The notes beneath the pieces were generated by a model that searched no databases, was not told where the DNA came from, and was given only the letters and a program-made list of their open reading frames with translations. This document shows, piece after piece, positions 1-17,943 of a DNA stretch of 64,000 nt. This stretch comes from Macrostomum lignano. Taxonomy: Eukaryota. The stretch lies in NCBI GenBank assembly GCA_002269645.1, contig NIVC01003000.1, positions 1-64,000 of the forward strand, in the 5' to 3' direction. Position numbers and translations under genes: made by a program. Position 1 is the first letter of the stretch. Every line of letters starts with the position of its first letter.

Positions 1-175
1 CGCTGCGACAGAGCTGGGGCTGAAAAGTGACAGGAATCTGCCGGCCAGCCACCCCCGATAGAGACTGGCTTGGGTAACTGGAGCCCTGATTCATTGCTGT
101 CCATGTTGCTTGAATCGCTGCAAAAGCTATTAATAAGTATACGCGATATAAATTTTACCTATCTTAAAAAGGTCA

Positions 176-1530
176 CATTACCTGTCTCACTACACTGTCT
201 TACTACCTATCCCAATACCTATCCCAGTACCTGTCTTAATACCTGTCTCAATACTGTCTCATTACCTGTCTCAATACCTGTCTCATTACCTGTATCATTA
301 CCAGTCTCAATACCTGTCTCATTACCTGTCTCATTACCTGTCTCATTACCTGTCTCATTACCTGTCTCATTACCTGTCTCATTACCTGTCTCCTTACCTG
401 TCTCATTTCCTGTCTCATTACACTGTCTTACTACCTATCCCAATACCTATCCAGTACCTGTCTAATACCTGTCTCAATACCTGTCTCATTACCTGTCTCA
501 ATACCTGTCTCATTACCTGTATCATTACCAGTCTCAATACCTGTCTCATTACCTGTCTCATTACCTGTCTCATTACCTGTCTCATTACCTGTCTCATTAC
601 CTGTCTCATTACCTGTCTCCTTACCTGTCTCATTTCCTGTCTCATTACCTGTCTCATTACCTGTCTCATTACCTGTCTCAATACCTGTCTCAACTACCTG
701 TCTCAATACCTGTCTCAATGCCTGTCTCACTACCTGTCTCAATACCTGTCTCATTACCTGTCTCATTACCTGTCTCATTACCTGTCTCATTACCTGTCTC
801 ATTACCTGTCTCATTACCTGTCTCCTTACCTGTCTCATTTCCTGTCTCATTACCTGTCTCATTACCTGTCTCATTACCTGTCTCAATACCTGTCTCACTA
901 CCTGTCTCAATACCTGTCTCAATGCCTGTCTCACTACCTGTCTCACTACCTGTCTCAATACCTGTCTCAATACCTGTCTCAATACCTGTCTCACTACCTG
1001 TCTGATTATCTGTCCCATTACGTGTCTCATTAGTGTCTCTATACCTGTCTCAATACCTGTCTCACTACCTTCTCAATACTTGTCTCCTTACCTGTCTCAA
1101 TACCTGTCTCAATACCTGTCTCACTACCTGTCTGATTATCTGTCCCATTACGTGTCTCATTACGTGTCTCTATACCTGTCTCAATACCTGTCTCACTACC
1201 TTTCTCAATACTTGTCTCCTTACCTGTCTCAATACCTGTCTTATTACGTGTCTCATTACCTGTCTCATTACCTGTCTCAATACCTGCCTCAATACCTGCC
1301 TCAATACCTGTCTCATTACCTGTATAATTACCTGTCTCATTACCTGTATATATTACCTGTCTCATTACCTGTCTCATTACCTGTATTTCTCATTACCTGT
1401 CTGAATTACCTGTCTCATTACCTGTCTCATTACCTGTATAATTACCTGTATAATTACCTGCATAATTACCTGTATAATTACCTGTATAATTACCTGTATA
1501 ATTACCTGTATAATTACCTGTCTCATTTCC
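176..1530 (+). repeat. 12-bp minisatellite (TACCTGTCTCAT) with higher-order blocks
   Basis: Read directly; the variant block CACTGTCTTACTACCTATCCCAATACC recurs at ~193 and ~421. Confidence 0.95.
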
Positions 1531-2149
1531 TGTGTTTTTAGTTGTTTTAATTGCACTAAAGCTAATATTGATTCTTAACAAGAACTGTACCAATAACAAC
1601 ACCTTTCAGGTTCACAATTAATCTGAACAGGTATCTGATATAGAGATCATTATCAAATAGTAAAAGTGCGCGCACAAAAATGTTGTAACAGACGACCCCG
1701 CCATTCACTCAGCCATCTGAGCTGGGCAAGTTGAGTCATAAAACTGACCCAGTTAATTAACTGAAGTGCTTTCGCTGCACCCTCACTTTCTCCATTCTGA
1801 AAGCGAGAATTATTCACAATGTCCAGCTCTCCCGGCTGGAATATATTATTCCCACAGAAATAATAAGCTCTTAAAAATAATTAGAAAAGAGATTGGAGAG
1901 AGTGGCTGCAAGCTGAAGCTGGGAGGCTCTGAGCCAGTCATAATTAAAACAAAATCGATTCGAAATCGATCGTTACGGGAGGGATACGAAGGGAAAAAAG
2001 ACTCAAAGGTGCCAAAGTCTTCCAGCTAGCTGGTGAATTGTCTTGTTTTGTTTAAGCCAGGTAATCCTAATTGAGCTTTGATTTGTTAGCGGTTCGAGCT
2101 GCATCTATGAGGTGACTTTTCAGCCTTTGTAATCATTTTTTTGGTTGTT

Positions 2150-2400
2150 TTTTTGCGCCATTCTCAACAGTTTGTGGCGCCATTCTCAATACTTTGTGGC
2201 GCCATTCTCAATGGTTTGTGGCGCCATTATCAATACTTTGTGGCGCCATTTTCAATAGTTTGTGGCGCCATACTCAATGACGCCATTATCGATAGCTCAA
2301 TATGGCACCATTATTGATAGTTCATTGTGGCGCCATTATTGATAGTTCATTGTGGCGCGATTCTCATTGTTTGTGGTGCCAATCTCCAATGGTTTGTGGC
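2150..2400 (+). repeat. ~22-bp degenerate repeat TTGTGGCGCCATTCTCAATAG
   Basis: Read directly. Confidence 0.85.
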
Positions 2401-2471
2401 GCTTTTCTTTAAAGTCAATCAAAGTACATAATAAACTATTAAGAAACAATGTCCTTCATCTTATCCCCCAG

Positions 2472-7067
<4,596 letters not shown>

Positions 7068-7159
7068 AACTGCTGCGTTGGTTTGGGGCTTGGGTGTCGG
7101 CTGTGCCCTTGGACTTTTGACTAAAGTTTCTTTAATGTATCTCACCGCTTGGAATCTCT

Positions 7160-7899
7160 ACTCAGTCCATTTCTAACCCAGTCAGCCCACCTCACTCCCC
7201 TTGACGCGCACTGCTCTGTCCTCAGTCCATTTCTAACCCAGCCAGCCCCACCTCACTCCCCTTGACGCGCACTGCTCTGTCCTCAGTCCATTTATAACCA
7301 GCCAGCCTCACCTCACTCCCCTTGACTCGCACTGCTCTGTCCTCAGTCCATTTATAACCCAGCCAGCCCCACCTCACTCCCCTTGACTCGCACTGCTCTG
7401 TCCTCAGTCCATTTCTAACCCAGCAAGCCCCACCTCACTCCCCTTGACTCGCACTGCTCTCTCCTCAGTCCATTTCTAACCCATCCAGCCCCACCTCACT
7501 CCCCTTGACGCACACCACTCTCTCCTCAGTCCATTTATAACCCAGCAAGCCCCACCTCACTCCCCTTGACTCGCACTGCTTTCTCCTCAGTCCATTTCTA
7601 ACCCAGCCAGCCCCACCTCACTCCCCTTGACGCACACCACTCTCTCCTCACTCCATTTATAACCCAGCAAGCCCCACCTCACTCCCCTTGACGCGCACTG
7701 CTCTGTCCTCAGTCCATTTATAACCCAGCAAGCCCCACCTCACTCCCCTTGACTCGCACTGCTTTCTCCTCAGTCCATTTCTAACCCAGCCAGCCCCACC
7801 TCACTCCCCTTGACGCACACCACTCTCTCCTCACTCCATTTATAACCCAGCAAGCCCCACCTCACTCCCCTTGACTCGCACTGCTCTGTCCTCAGTCCA
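7160..7899 (+). repeat. ~60-bp minisatellite downstream of the nAChR stop
   Basis: ~12 units of CTCAGTCCATTTCTAACCCAGCCAGCCCCACCTCACTCCCCTTGAC... Confidence 0.95.
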
Positions 7900-8449
7900 A
7901 TTGACACCGTGCCGCTTCACACTGCTTCCAGAAGTCTCATCGTTGAATGCTAAAACTGCCTCACTTCGCTTAGCTCTCGATGATCAGAGTGACTTCTTGC
8001 TTATGTTTTGATTTTTAACGCATTCAATCTCCCACAGTTGAGCGCAATTTATCAATCAAGTCAATTTCCTAACTGTTGAATTTGGTATTGTTTCTTAATG
8101 CTCTGTTTCAGTGTACTATTTTCAGAATTTGTATATAGAAATTGCGAATTTCCTGTGCAGCACAAATATAGGTAGTAAAAGCTTTCAAAGCAGCCGATTT
8201 CCTGAGTAGCTTTTCACCTGGAGCCTGCCATTCTATTTTGCGACTATTTTGTAAATTAATTTTAGCCCCCATAAGCCCGCTCTATCTATATTTATATTCA
8301 ATAAATATAGCCCTCTGAACTGAGGAATGACGCTACAATATCGCATCAAGTGGGCAAATTAGTTGATTGAGATAAATGGCTTTTCGTTTTGATTAAAACT
8401 TCTCAACATTATATGCTACTTTTTGTTTTTAAGTGTTATTGTCAATAGA

Positions 8450-8675
8450 CTCGTAGAGAGCTCGTCTCTGATTGGAGGAGCGAGGTAGAGAGGAAAGGAC
8501 ACGGTATGAGAGCTCGTTTCTGATTCGAGGAGTGGGTTAGAGAGGAAAGGACACGGTATGAGAGCTCGTCTCTGATTGGAGGAGCGGGTTAAAGAGGAAA
8601 GGACACGGTATGAGAGGTCGTCTCTGATTGGAGGAGCGGGGTAGAGAGGAAAGGACACGGTATGAGAGCTCCTCG
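8450..8675 (+). repeat. ~52-bp tandem repeat
   Basis: ~4 units of GAGAGCTCGTCTCTGATTGGAGGAGCGGGTAGAGAGGAAAGGACACGGTAT. Confidence 0.85.
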
Positions 8676-9296
8676 TTAGTTGGGTGAGGGGGTAGAGAAG
8701 AAGAGACACAACTTACTGAGTGTTCATTTCAATACCATTTAGCGTGAGTATACTCGTAGTTACTCCGAATGCCGAATGGAAGCCGTAGCTTTGCCTGAAC
8801 TTGAAACTTAAGTTTGATAATCTAAGAGAGCCCAGTTTAAATTTGGGTGAAACAACGGAACAATGGAGACAGTGTTAGTTAGAGTTCGCGAACCGTAAAG
8901 AAAGGGCCACTAGCCCGGCTGACCCTGGCTTAGCATGCTGTGACCATTCTTTGACTAATGGCCTGCTAAGCTTATTAGCCTTACAATGGACTGAGACAGG
9001 AGTTCTGGGCACCTACAATGTAGGTATCATCTTTTGAACCCGGTGCAAAATGAACAGGCCTGCAGCAGAATTTTAAAAAGAGGGCAAGTTAAATTGCAGT
9101 TTAATGACGTGAGAAGCGCCATCTTGACAAGCAGAGGAAACCTCAATGCAAAAGCATTTGAGATTGCTTTCACAATTGCCACAGAAGATCACAGTCTTCT
9201 TGTATAGACGGAGTCTGGTAGAAAACTGAATGAGATTGATTGATTTGGATCACTGCCGCTGCAAATGAAAGGAGCGTGTTACCGTGAAAACTACTG

Positions 9297-10018
<722 letters not shown>

Positions 10019-10620
10019 TCTTGTTAATTAGCATGCTGTTAGCTTCTGCCACCGCACAATAGTGAGTAGGGTTTTTGAGTAGTCGCTGAGCAGCTGGCCA
10101 GAGTGCAGGGCTCGCACTCGAGCACAGATCAGAGAGAAGAGCCACACCCGCACACCGCATGTGTTTGCCGATACCACCGCTGTAGCAGCAGCCATTGTGC
10201 CCACATCGCAACGGAAGAAGAGGCACAAGGCTCACCCAGTCTTCTCTGCCCCCCCCCGCCCCAGCAACGCAGAAGAGCCACGCGGAGAGTCAGTCGGTGC
10301 CAAACTCATGGCAAGGCCATAAGGAGTTGATTTTCCTTCAATTCTCACAACTTGAATGAGTCGCCAGCAGCTTAGAGTCCTCGCTATGGAAGACTCACCC
10401 ACGCACACATTTGCACTACTCATTCTTCTCTTCTCTCTCTCTCCAGACTCTCCTCATTGGTTCTCAGCCCGCCTGTTTCTATGCAAACAGAGAAGCGCTG
10501 CCTGCTGCTCAAGAGCCGGCTCGGAGATCATCTGGATTCCCCGGGCAAGCCTTCCAAGCCAGCCTCCGTGCTGCATCAGCCCGAGTTTCAGATACGAGTA
10601 GTAAGAGCCAGCCTCTGTTG

Positions 10621-13600
10621 ATGCCAACTGGAATTATCAAGCCGTGAGTTGGTGAAACATTCTTTGTTCACTGTTGCTACATGGGACGAGTTCAAACTCA
10701 AGATGCCCCCTCCCTGATTTGCAGGGCCGGAGCCCTGGCGCAGAGGGCCCCAAGGGCGGCAGGTTCAGGAGTTGGGAAGTCTGCCAAGTCTGCGACCGCC
10801 AGCTTTCACGCCTATGTGGCTGTCAGGTACTGCCTGACCGTGTGAATATCGATTTTCCAGTTCAATACTGACATTCGATTCACGGCCTGAACCTTGATTC
10901 ACTCCTGAAACCCCGAAGCCCGCTCCAGAATCCTACAGCTCACTCCAGAAGCCTACAACTCACTCCAGATACCTACAGCTCACCCCATAAACCTAAAGCT
11001 CACTCCAGAAACCTACAGCTCACTCCTGAAACCTACAGCTCACTCCCGAAGCCTACATCTCACTCCAGAAACCTACAGGTTACTCTCGAAACCTACAGCT
11101 CACTCCAGAAACCTACAGGTTACTCTCGAAACCTACAGCTCACTACAGAAACCTACATCTCACTCCAGAAACCTACAGCTCACTACAGAAACCTGCAGCT
11201 CACTTTAGAAACCTACATCTCACTCCAGAAACCTACAGCTCACTTTAGAAACCTACAGCTCACTCCAGAAACCTACATCTCACTCCAGAAACCTACAGCT
11301 CACTTTAGAAACCTACATCTCACTCCAGAAACCTACAGCTCACTTTAGAAACCTACATCTCACTCCAGAAACCTACATCCCACTCCAGAAACCTACATCT
11401 CACTCCAGAAACCTACAGCTCACTCTCGAAACCTACATCTCACTCCAGAAACCTACAGCTCACTCTCGAAACCTAAAGCTCACTCCAGAAACCTACAGTT
11501 CACTCCAGAAACCTACAGTTCACTCCAGAAACCTACAGTTCACTCCAGAAACCTACAACTCACTCCAGAAACCTACAGTTCACTCCAGAAACCTACAGCT
11601 TACTCCCGAAACTTACAGCTCACTCCCAAAACCTACATCTCACTCCAGAAGCTTACAGTTCACTCTCTAAACCCGCATCACTCCAGAGTGAGGCCGCCCG
11701 AGCAGCCGTCGCCCAAGTGGCAGCCGCTGATCCGTTACCCCGGCAACGCCAGTCTGGCCTTCAACTGGCAGGGAATGCAGCGCGTCTTCAACTTCGACGT
11801 GGTCTTCGAGGAGGCGGCGAGTCAGTCGGAGGTGTTCGACAACTGCGGCGTGAAGGATCTGATTCAGTTGGCTCTGGAGGGGTGAGCCTCGGTACTCTGC
11901 CACTCTGGTGGGTTTTCCCAGACTAATAGAACTGACTCATCCCCCTAATTATTGCAGCTACAACTGCACCTGCTTTGCATACGGTCAGACGAACAGCGGT
12001 AAAACTTACACAATGACCGGACCCCTGATGAGGTACCTCTGCTGCAGTGCGCACTGCTTTGGGAGGAAACGCTTGCATTAGCCGCGGCTAGCAGAGAGTA
12101 GAATGAGAAAATATGTAGCGCCGTAGGCTACTGGAGTGAGCTGTAGGTTACTGGAGTGAGCTGTAGGTTACTGGAGTGAGCTGTAGGTTACTGGAGTGAG
12201 CTGAATGTTACTGGAGTGAGCTGTAGGTTACTGAAGTGAGCTGTAGGTTACTGAAGTGAGCTGTAGGTTACTGAAGTGAGCTGTGGATTACATGGTGTGA
12301 GCTGTAGGAAGTTTCAGGACTGAGCTGTAGGTTTCAGGAGTGAGCTGTAGGTTACTGGAGTGAGCTGTAGGTTACTGGAGTGAGCTGTAGGTTACTGGAG
12401 TGAGCTGAATGTTACTGGAGTCAGCTGAATGTTACTGGAGTGAGCCGTAGGTTTCAGGAGTGAGTTGTAGGTTACTGAAGTGAGCTGTGGTTACTGAAGT
12501 GAGCTGTGGATTACATGGTGTGAGCTGTAGGAAGTTTCAGGAGTGAGCTGTAGGTTTCAGGAGTGATCTATGGATCCTGTATCATCTCCCGAAAATCTGC
12601 AGACCCAGCAGCACGGAGTGTCGGGCTTGGCCGGCCAGTCCAGAGGCCTGGTTCCGAGGTCGTTCACGCACATTTTCGACCTGCTCCGGAGTCGCGGCGC
12701 CCAAGGCTTCAAAGTGTACGCCACTTACTTTGAGATCTACAATGAACAGGTGGGGATATATTTGTTGTAGGAATTTTAACTGGCTTCGTATGGAATTTTT
12801 ACGACTCAATAATCCACTCATGCCCGCAGATTACCGACCTTCTTAATCCCCGGTCAATTTATCCCCACACAATTCGCTGGAGCTCAACATCCGGCTTCTA
12901 CGTTGACAATTTGTTTGTGATTGAGTGCGACTCTGCCGACGACCTGATGGGCGTGCTGGCCGCGGGTGAGGCTCGGGAGTGATAGTAGCGGAGTGACAGA
13001 ATCGGAGTGTTGCAAAAGGAGTGACAGAATCGGAGTGATGCAAAAGGAGTGACATAATCGGAGTGATGCAAAAGGAGTGACAGAATCGGAGTGTTGCAAA
13101 AGGAGTGACAGAATCGGAGTGTTGCAAAAGGAGTGACAGAATCGGAGTGTTGCAAAAGGAGTGATGCAAAGCAGTGACAGAATCGGAGTGACGGAATCGG
13201 AGTGACAAAATCGGAGTGATGCAAAAGGAGTGACAGAATCGGAGTGTTGCAAAAGGAGTGATGCAAAGCAGTGACAGAATCGGAGTGACGGAATCGGAGT
13301 GACAAAATCGGAGTGACAGAATCGGAGTGACAAAATCGGAGTGACAAAATCGGAGTGACAGAGTCAGAGTGACAGAATCGGAGTGACAGAATCGGAGTGA
13401 CAGAATCGGAGTGACAGAATCGGAGTGACAGAATCGGAGTGACAGAATCGGAGTGACAGAATCGGAGTGACAGAATTGGAGTAACAGAATCAGAGTGACA
13501 GAATCAGAGTGACAGAATCGAATCGGAGTGATAATATCGCAATTAATAGCTCGTAGAGGAAAGAGTTATATTCGAGACTTTTAAAATGCAATCAGCCTTG

Positions 13601-16600
13601 TGTATAATAACCCATAAGAATATAAAAACATAGAAAAACCGCTATTGAAACTACTGATGATAGCTTGAAGTAGTCAGTAGCGATTTTTACAACCCGACTA
13701 AGAAAAACATGATAGAACAATATTCTTACTCGTCAAACAGGCCTCGCCAACCGCAGGATGGACCGGGGCAGCCAGAACGAATTTTCGAGCCGGTCGCACA
13801 GCCTCTTCTCGATCATGATTGACACGCAGGCGCCGGGGAGGCCGGCAGCGGCCAGGCCACGGTGACCCGGCACGGCAAGCTCACCTTTGTTGATCTCGCC
13901 GGTGAGACACTGGACACCCTGATACCCCTCACCCTGATACCCCATACCCTGGTATCCCACACCTTAATACCCCACACCCTGATACCCACACCCTGATACC
14001 CCACACCCTGATATCCAACACCATGATACCCCATACCCTGACACCCCATACCCTGACACCCCACACCTTGACACCCCATACCCTGATACCCCACACCCTA
14101 CCCAACACCCTGATACCCCACACCCTGATACCCAACACCATGATACCTCACACCCTAATACCCCACACCCTGATACCCAACACCATGATACCACACACCC
14201 TGATACCCCACACCCTGATACCCAACACCATGATACCCCATACCCTGACACCCCATACCCTGACACCCCACACCTTGACACCCCATACCCTGATACCCCA
14301 CACCCTACCCAACACCCTGATACCCCACACCCTGATACCCAACACCATGATACCACACACCCTGATACCCCACACCCTGATACCCAACACCATGATACCC
14401 CATACCCTGACACCCCATACCCTGACACCCCACACCTTGACACCCCATACCCTGATACCCCACACCCTACCCAACACCCTGATACCCCACACCCTGATAC
14501 CCAACACCATGATACCTCACACCCTAATACCCCACACCCTGATACCCAACACCATGATACCACACACCCTGATACCCCACACCCTGATACCCAACACCAT
14601 GATACCCCATACCCTGACACCCCATACCCTGACACCCCACACCCTGATACCCAACACCATGATACCCCACACCCGGCACTTTGCAGGGAGCGAGAGCACC
14701 GGCAGCTCAGTGGCCAGAGAGCCGGACCAGATGCTGGAGACAAGCACCATCAACAAGAGCCTCCTGGTGCTGGGCAATTGCATCTCGGCTCTCTCCGATC
14801 CCAAGAAGCGAGCCGGTCACGTACCCTACAGGGACAGCAAGCTGACCAAACTGCTGTCAGACTCTCTGGGGGCAGCGGCGTCTCATTGATGGTGAAGCCT
14901 TTGAATTACTCAATTCTGGGTCTTTAGGTTCAGGACCAAGGTCTACATGTAGGTCTAGGTGTCAGAAGCTTTTAGGTTAGCCATCATTTTAATGTGCCAG
15001 TGTCATGTTTCAGGGTGTTGTTTCAGATGGTTTTAGTGGCAGGTTTTTTGGGTGTCAGGGGTTTTGGGTGTCAGGGGTTTTGGGTGTCAGGGGTTTTAGG
15101 TGTCAGGGGTTTTGGGTGTCAGGGGTTTTAGGTGTCAGGGGTTTTGGGTGTCAGGAGTTTTGGGTGTCAGGGGTTTTGGGTGTCAGGGGTTTTGAGTGTC
15201 AGGGGTTTTAGGTGTCAGGGGTTTTGGGTGTCAGGGGTTTTGGGTGTCAGGGGTTTTGAGTGTCAGGGGTTTTAGGTGTCAAGGGTTTCGGGTGTTAATG
15301 GTTTTGGGTATCAGGGGTTTCGGGTGTTAATGGTTTTGGGTGTTAAGGGTTTTGGGTTTCAGGGGTTTTGAGTGTCAGGGGTTTTGAGTGTCTGGGGTTT
15401 TGAGTGTCAGGGGTTTTGGGTGTCAGGGGTTTTTAGTGTCAGGGGTTTTTGGTGTCAAGGGTTTTGGGTGTCAGGGGCTTTCGATGTCAGAGGTTTTGAG
15501 TGTCAGGGGTTTTGGGAGGCCCTAAGCAACCGCAATCCCCACCCCAACTCTGGCAGATCGCCTGCGTGAACCCCAGCCCCGAGCAGGGCAGCGAGACTGT
15601 CAACACGCTCCGATACGCCAGCAGGGCCAAGCGGATCGAAGTTTGCCCGGAGGTCAACTTGGTGAGTTGAATACCGTTGCCTACAGCTGCACTCTACTTT
15701 AAGCATCAGCACAGGGCAGCTCAACCTTGCTCAGCCAGTCTCACTGCCTTACCCTAAACATCGGCTACCTAACACCACTCTACACTAAAAATTGGCTACC
15801 CAACCTCACTCTACCCTAAACATCGGCTACCCAACCTCACTCTACACTAAACATCGGCTACCCAACCCCTCTCTACCCTAAACATCGGCTACCCAACCTC
15901 ACTCTACCCTAAACATCGGCTACCCGACCTCACTCTACCCTAAACATCGGCTACCTAACCTCACTCTACACTAAACATCGGCTACCCAACCTCACTCTAA
16001 CCTAAATATCGGCTACCCAACCTCACTCTACACTAAACATCGGCTACCCAACCTCACTCTACACTAAACATCGGCTACCCAACCTCACTCTACCCTAAAC
16101 ATCGGCTACCCAACCTCACTCTACCCTAAACATCGGCTACCCAACCTCACTCTACCCTAAACATCGGCTACCCAACCTCACTCTACCCTAAACGCAGGAC
16201 CCGCAGGAGAAGCTGCTGCGCTCGCTGAAGCGGGAGGTCGCCAGCCTGCGCCAGGAGAACGGCTCCCTGCGCGAGCAGCTCCGCACCAGCGCCGCGCAAA
16301 GCGAAGCTGGCGGTGCCACCGCCGTCGACCGCAGCGGAGGCCGCGGCGACACGGGGCGCCTCGTCAGGAGCCGGGAGGCGAGCCTGGGCGGCTCCGATGA
16401 TCAACGGTCAAATCCAGCGGCAGCCGGCGCCGCGGCAGCCCGGCCGGTGTCGAAGGGCAGCTACCAGAGCCTGTACGAGATGCTGCAGGAGTACATGCAG
16501 GAGAATGAGACGCTGCGCTCGGAGAACCTGGACTTGGCCAAGCACCAGACCGACTACAGGCGCGAGCAGAACCAGCTCTCTGAGGAGAACCGGCGGCTGG

Positions 16601-16632
16601 CCAGCCAGCTGAGCCGGATGAGGCGGCAGTTC

Positions 16633-16671
<39 letters not shown>

Positions 16672-17943
16672 ACGCCAGTCTACGTGGTCTCGAACCCGGA
16701 GACTCCGACTCGACTGCCGTTGATCGAAGCCAGACGAGAGGCTGAGCGATGGCGACCCGAAATTCTGCCCGACTGCCGCCGCGCTCGCCGCGGTGGTCGC
16801 TGCCGCCGACAGACAATCGGGAGTCTCAGCGGCAGCAACAACAGCAGCCTGTTGCGACATTTGCGCCGACGCCTCCGCTTTCGATGCCGATTCCGGATGT
16901 TGATCGGCAGCCGAGGCCCATCCCTATGCCGCCGCCTCCGCCTCCGCTTCTGCCAGCTTCTCAGCAATACCCGCAGCAATACCCGCAGCAATCCACATCT
17001 CGCCTGATGTACCCGGAGGCTCCGGTCTACGTGCCGCAGCCGGGCGAGCGCACCTACCGGGAGAGATTTGAGGCGGCCGCTGGCCGGAACAAGCTGCGAG
17101 GAGACGGCGGCGCCGCCCAGGTGGACGGAGCAAACAACCGGACGGGTAAGAGCATCCATGAAGGTGGCGGCACATCAAACGTTAATTGAAGGTGGCGGCA
17201 CATCAAACAGTTAATTGAAGGTGGCGGCACATCAAACGTTAATTGAAGGTGGCGGCACATCAAACAGTTAATTGAAGGTGGCGGCACATCAAACAGTTAA
17301 TTGAAGGTGGCGGCACATCAAACAGTTAATTGAAGGTGGCGGCACATCAAACAGTTAATTGAAGGTGGCGGCACATCAAACAGTTAATTGAAGGTGGCGG
17401 CACATCAAACAGTTAATTGAAGGTGGCGGCACATCAAACAGTTAACTGAAGGTGGCGGCACATCAAACAGTTTTAGAGTGGCGGCACATCAAACGGTTTT
17501 AGTGTGGCGGCACATCAAACAGTTAATTGAAGCTGGCGGCACATCAAACGGTTTTAGAGTGGCGGCACATCAAACGGTTTTAGTGTGGCGGCACATCAAA
17601 CAGTTAATTGAAGCTGGCGGCACATCAAACGGTTTTAGAGTGGCGGCACATCAAACGGTTTTAGTGTGGCGGCACATCAAACAGTTTTAGAGTGGCGGCA
17701 CATCAAAAGCTTAATTATTTAATTATCTATTTGTTAAGGCTGGCTGGACCGCGGGCCAAAGGTAACCCCCGCCCCCTTATCGCACCTGACCGACCCCCCG
17801 CAGTGCAATCGCTGGCCCGCCTGAACGCCAGCCTGCGCGGCGAGTTACGTCAGCTGGACGGCGCCATCCAGCAGCACCAGCGGGTGAACGCCCTGCAGAG
17901 CGACATCCGCCGCAACGAGGGCCGCAAAGTGCTGTCCATCTGA
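10621..17943 (+). CDS. KIF12: Kinesin-like protein, KIF12 (kinesin-16) type; three apparent 1-bp frameshifts
   Basis: Exons 10621-10643, 10725-10826, 11687-11881, 11958-12032, 12644-12749, 12830-12965, 13741-13901, 14687-14891, 15557-15661, 16198-17145, 17804-17943. Motifs [92 protein letters not shown], then [14 protein letters not shown] and [13 protein letters not shown], both recalled from KIF12. Start exon and 12644 acceptor are less certain. Confidence 0.85.
10905..11686 (+). repeat. 20-bp minisatellite CTCACTCCAGAAACCTACAG (KIF12 intron 2)
   Basis: ~38 units, ending at the splice acceptor. Confidence 0.95.
12125..12566 (-). repeat. Same 20-bp family in inverted orientation (KIF12 intron 4)
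   Basis: Unit CTGTAGGTTACTGGAGTGAG is the reverse complement of the intron-2 unit with one mismatch. Confidence 0.95.
12990..13530 (+). repeat. 14/22-bp minisatellite GAGTGACAGAATCG
   Basis: Read directly. Confidence 0.92.
13905..14672 (+). repeat. 15/18-bp C-rich minisatellite (ACCCTGATACCCCAC)
   Basis: Higher-order blocks visible. Confidence 0.93.
15040..15515 (+). repeat. 16-bp G-rich minisatellite GGGTGTCAGGGGTTTT
   Basis: Reverse complement shares the CCCTGACACCC core with the 13905-14672 array. Confidence 0.93.
15740..16192 (+). repeat. 31-bp minisatellite CACTCTACCCTAAACATCGGCTACCCAACCT
   Basis: ~14 units, running into the acceptor. Confidence 0.95.
17160..17707 (+). repeat. 29-bp minisatellite GAAGGTGGCGGCACATCAAACAGTTAATT
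   Basis: Read directly. Confidence 0.95.

Noticed and set aside
13835-14872. Programmed ribosomal frameshifting in KIF12
   Set aside because: No slippery heptamers; several independent 1-bp losses in G runs point to sequence error or decay.
17739-17761. Extra KIF12 micro-exon (TAAG|...AAG|GTAACC)
   Set aside because: Its phase would put the last exon out of frame; 17145 joins 17804 directly.
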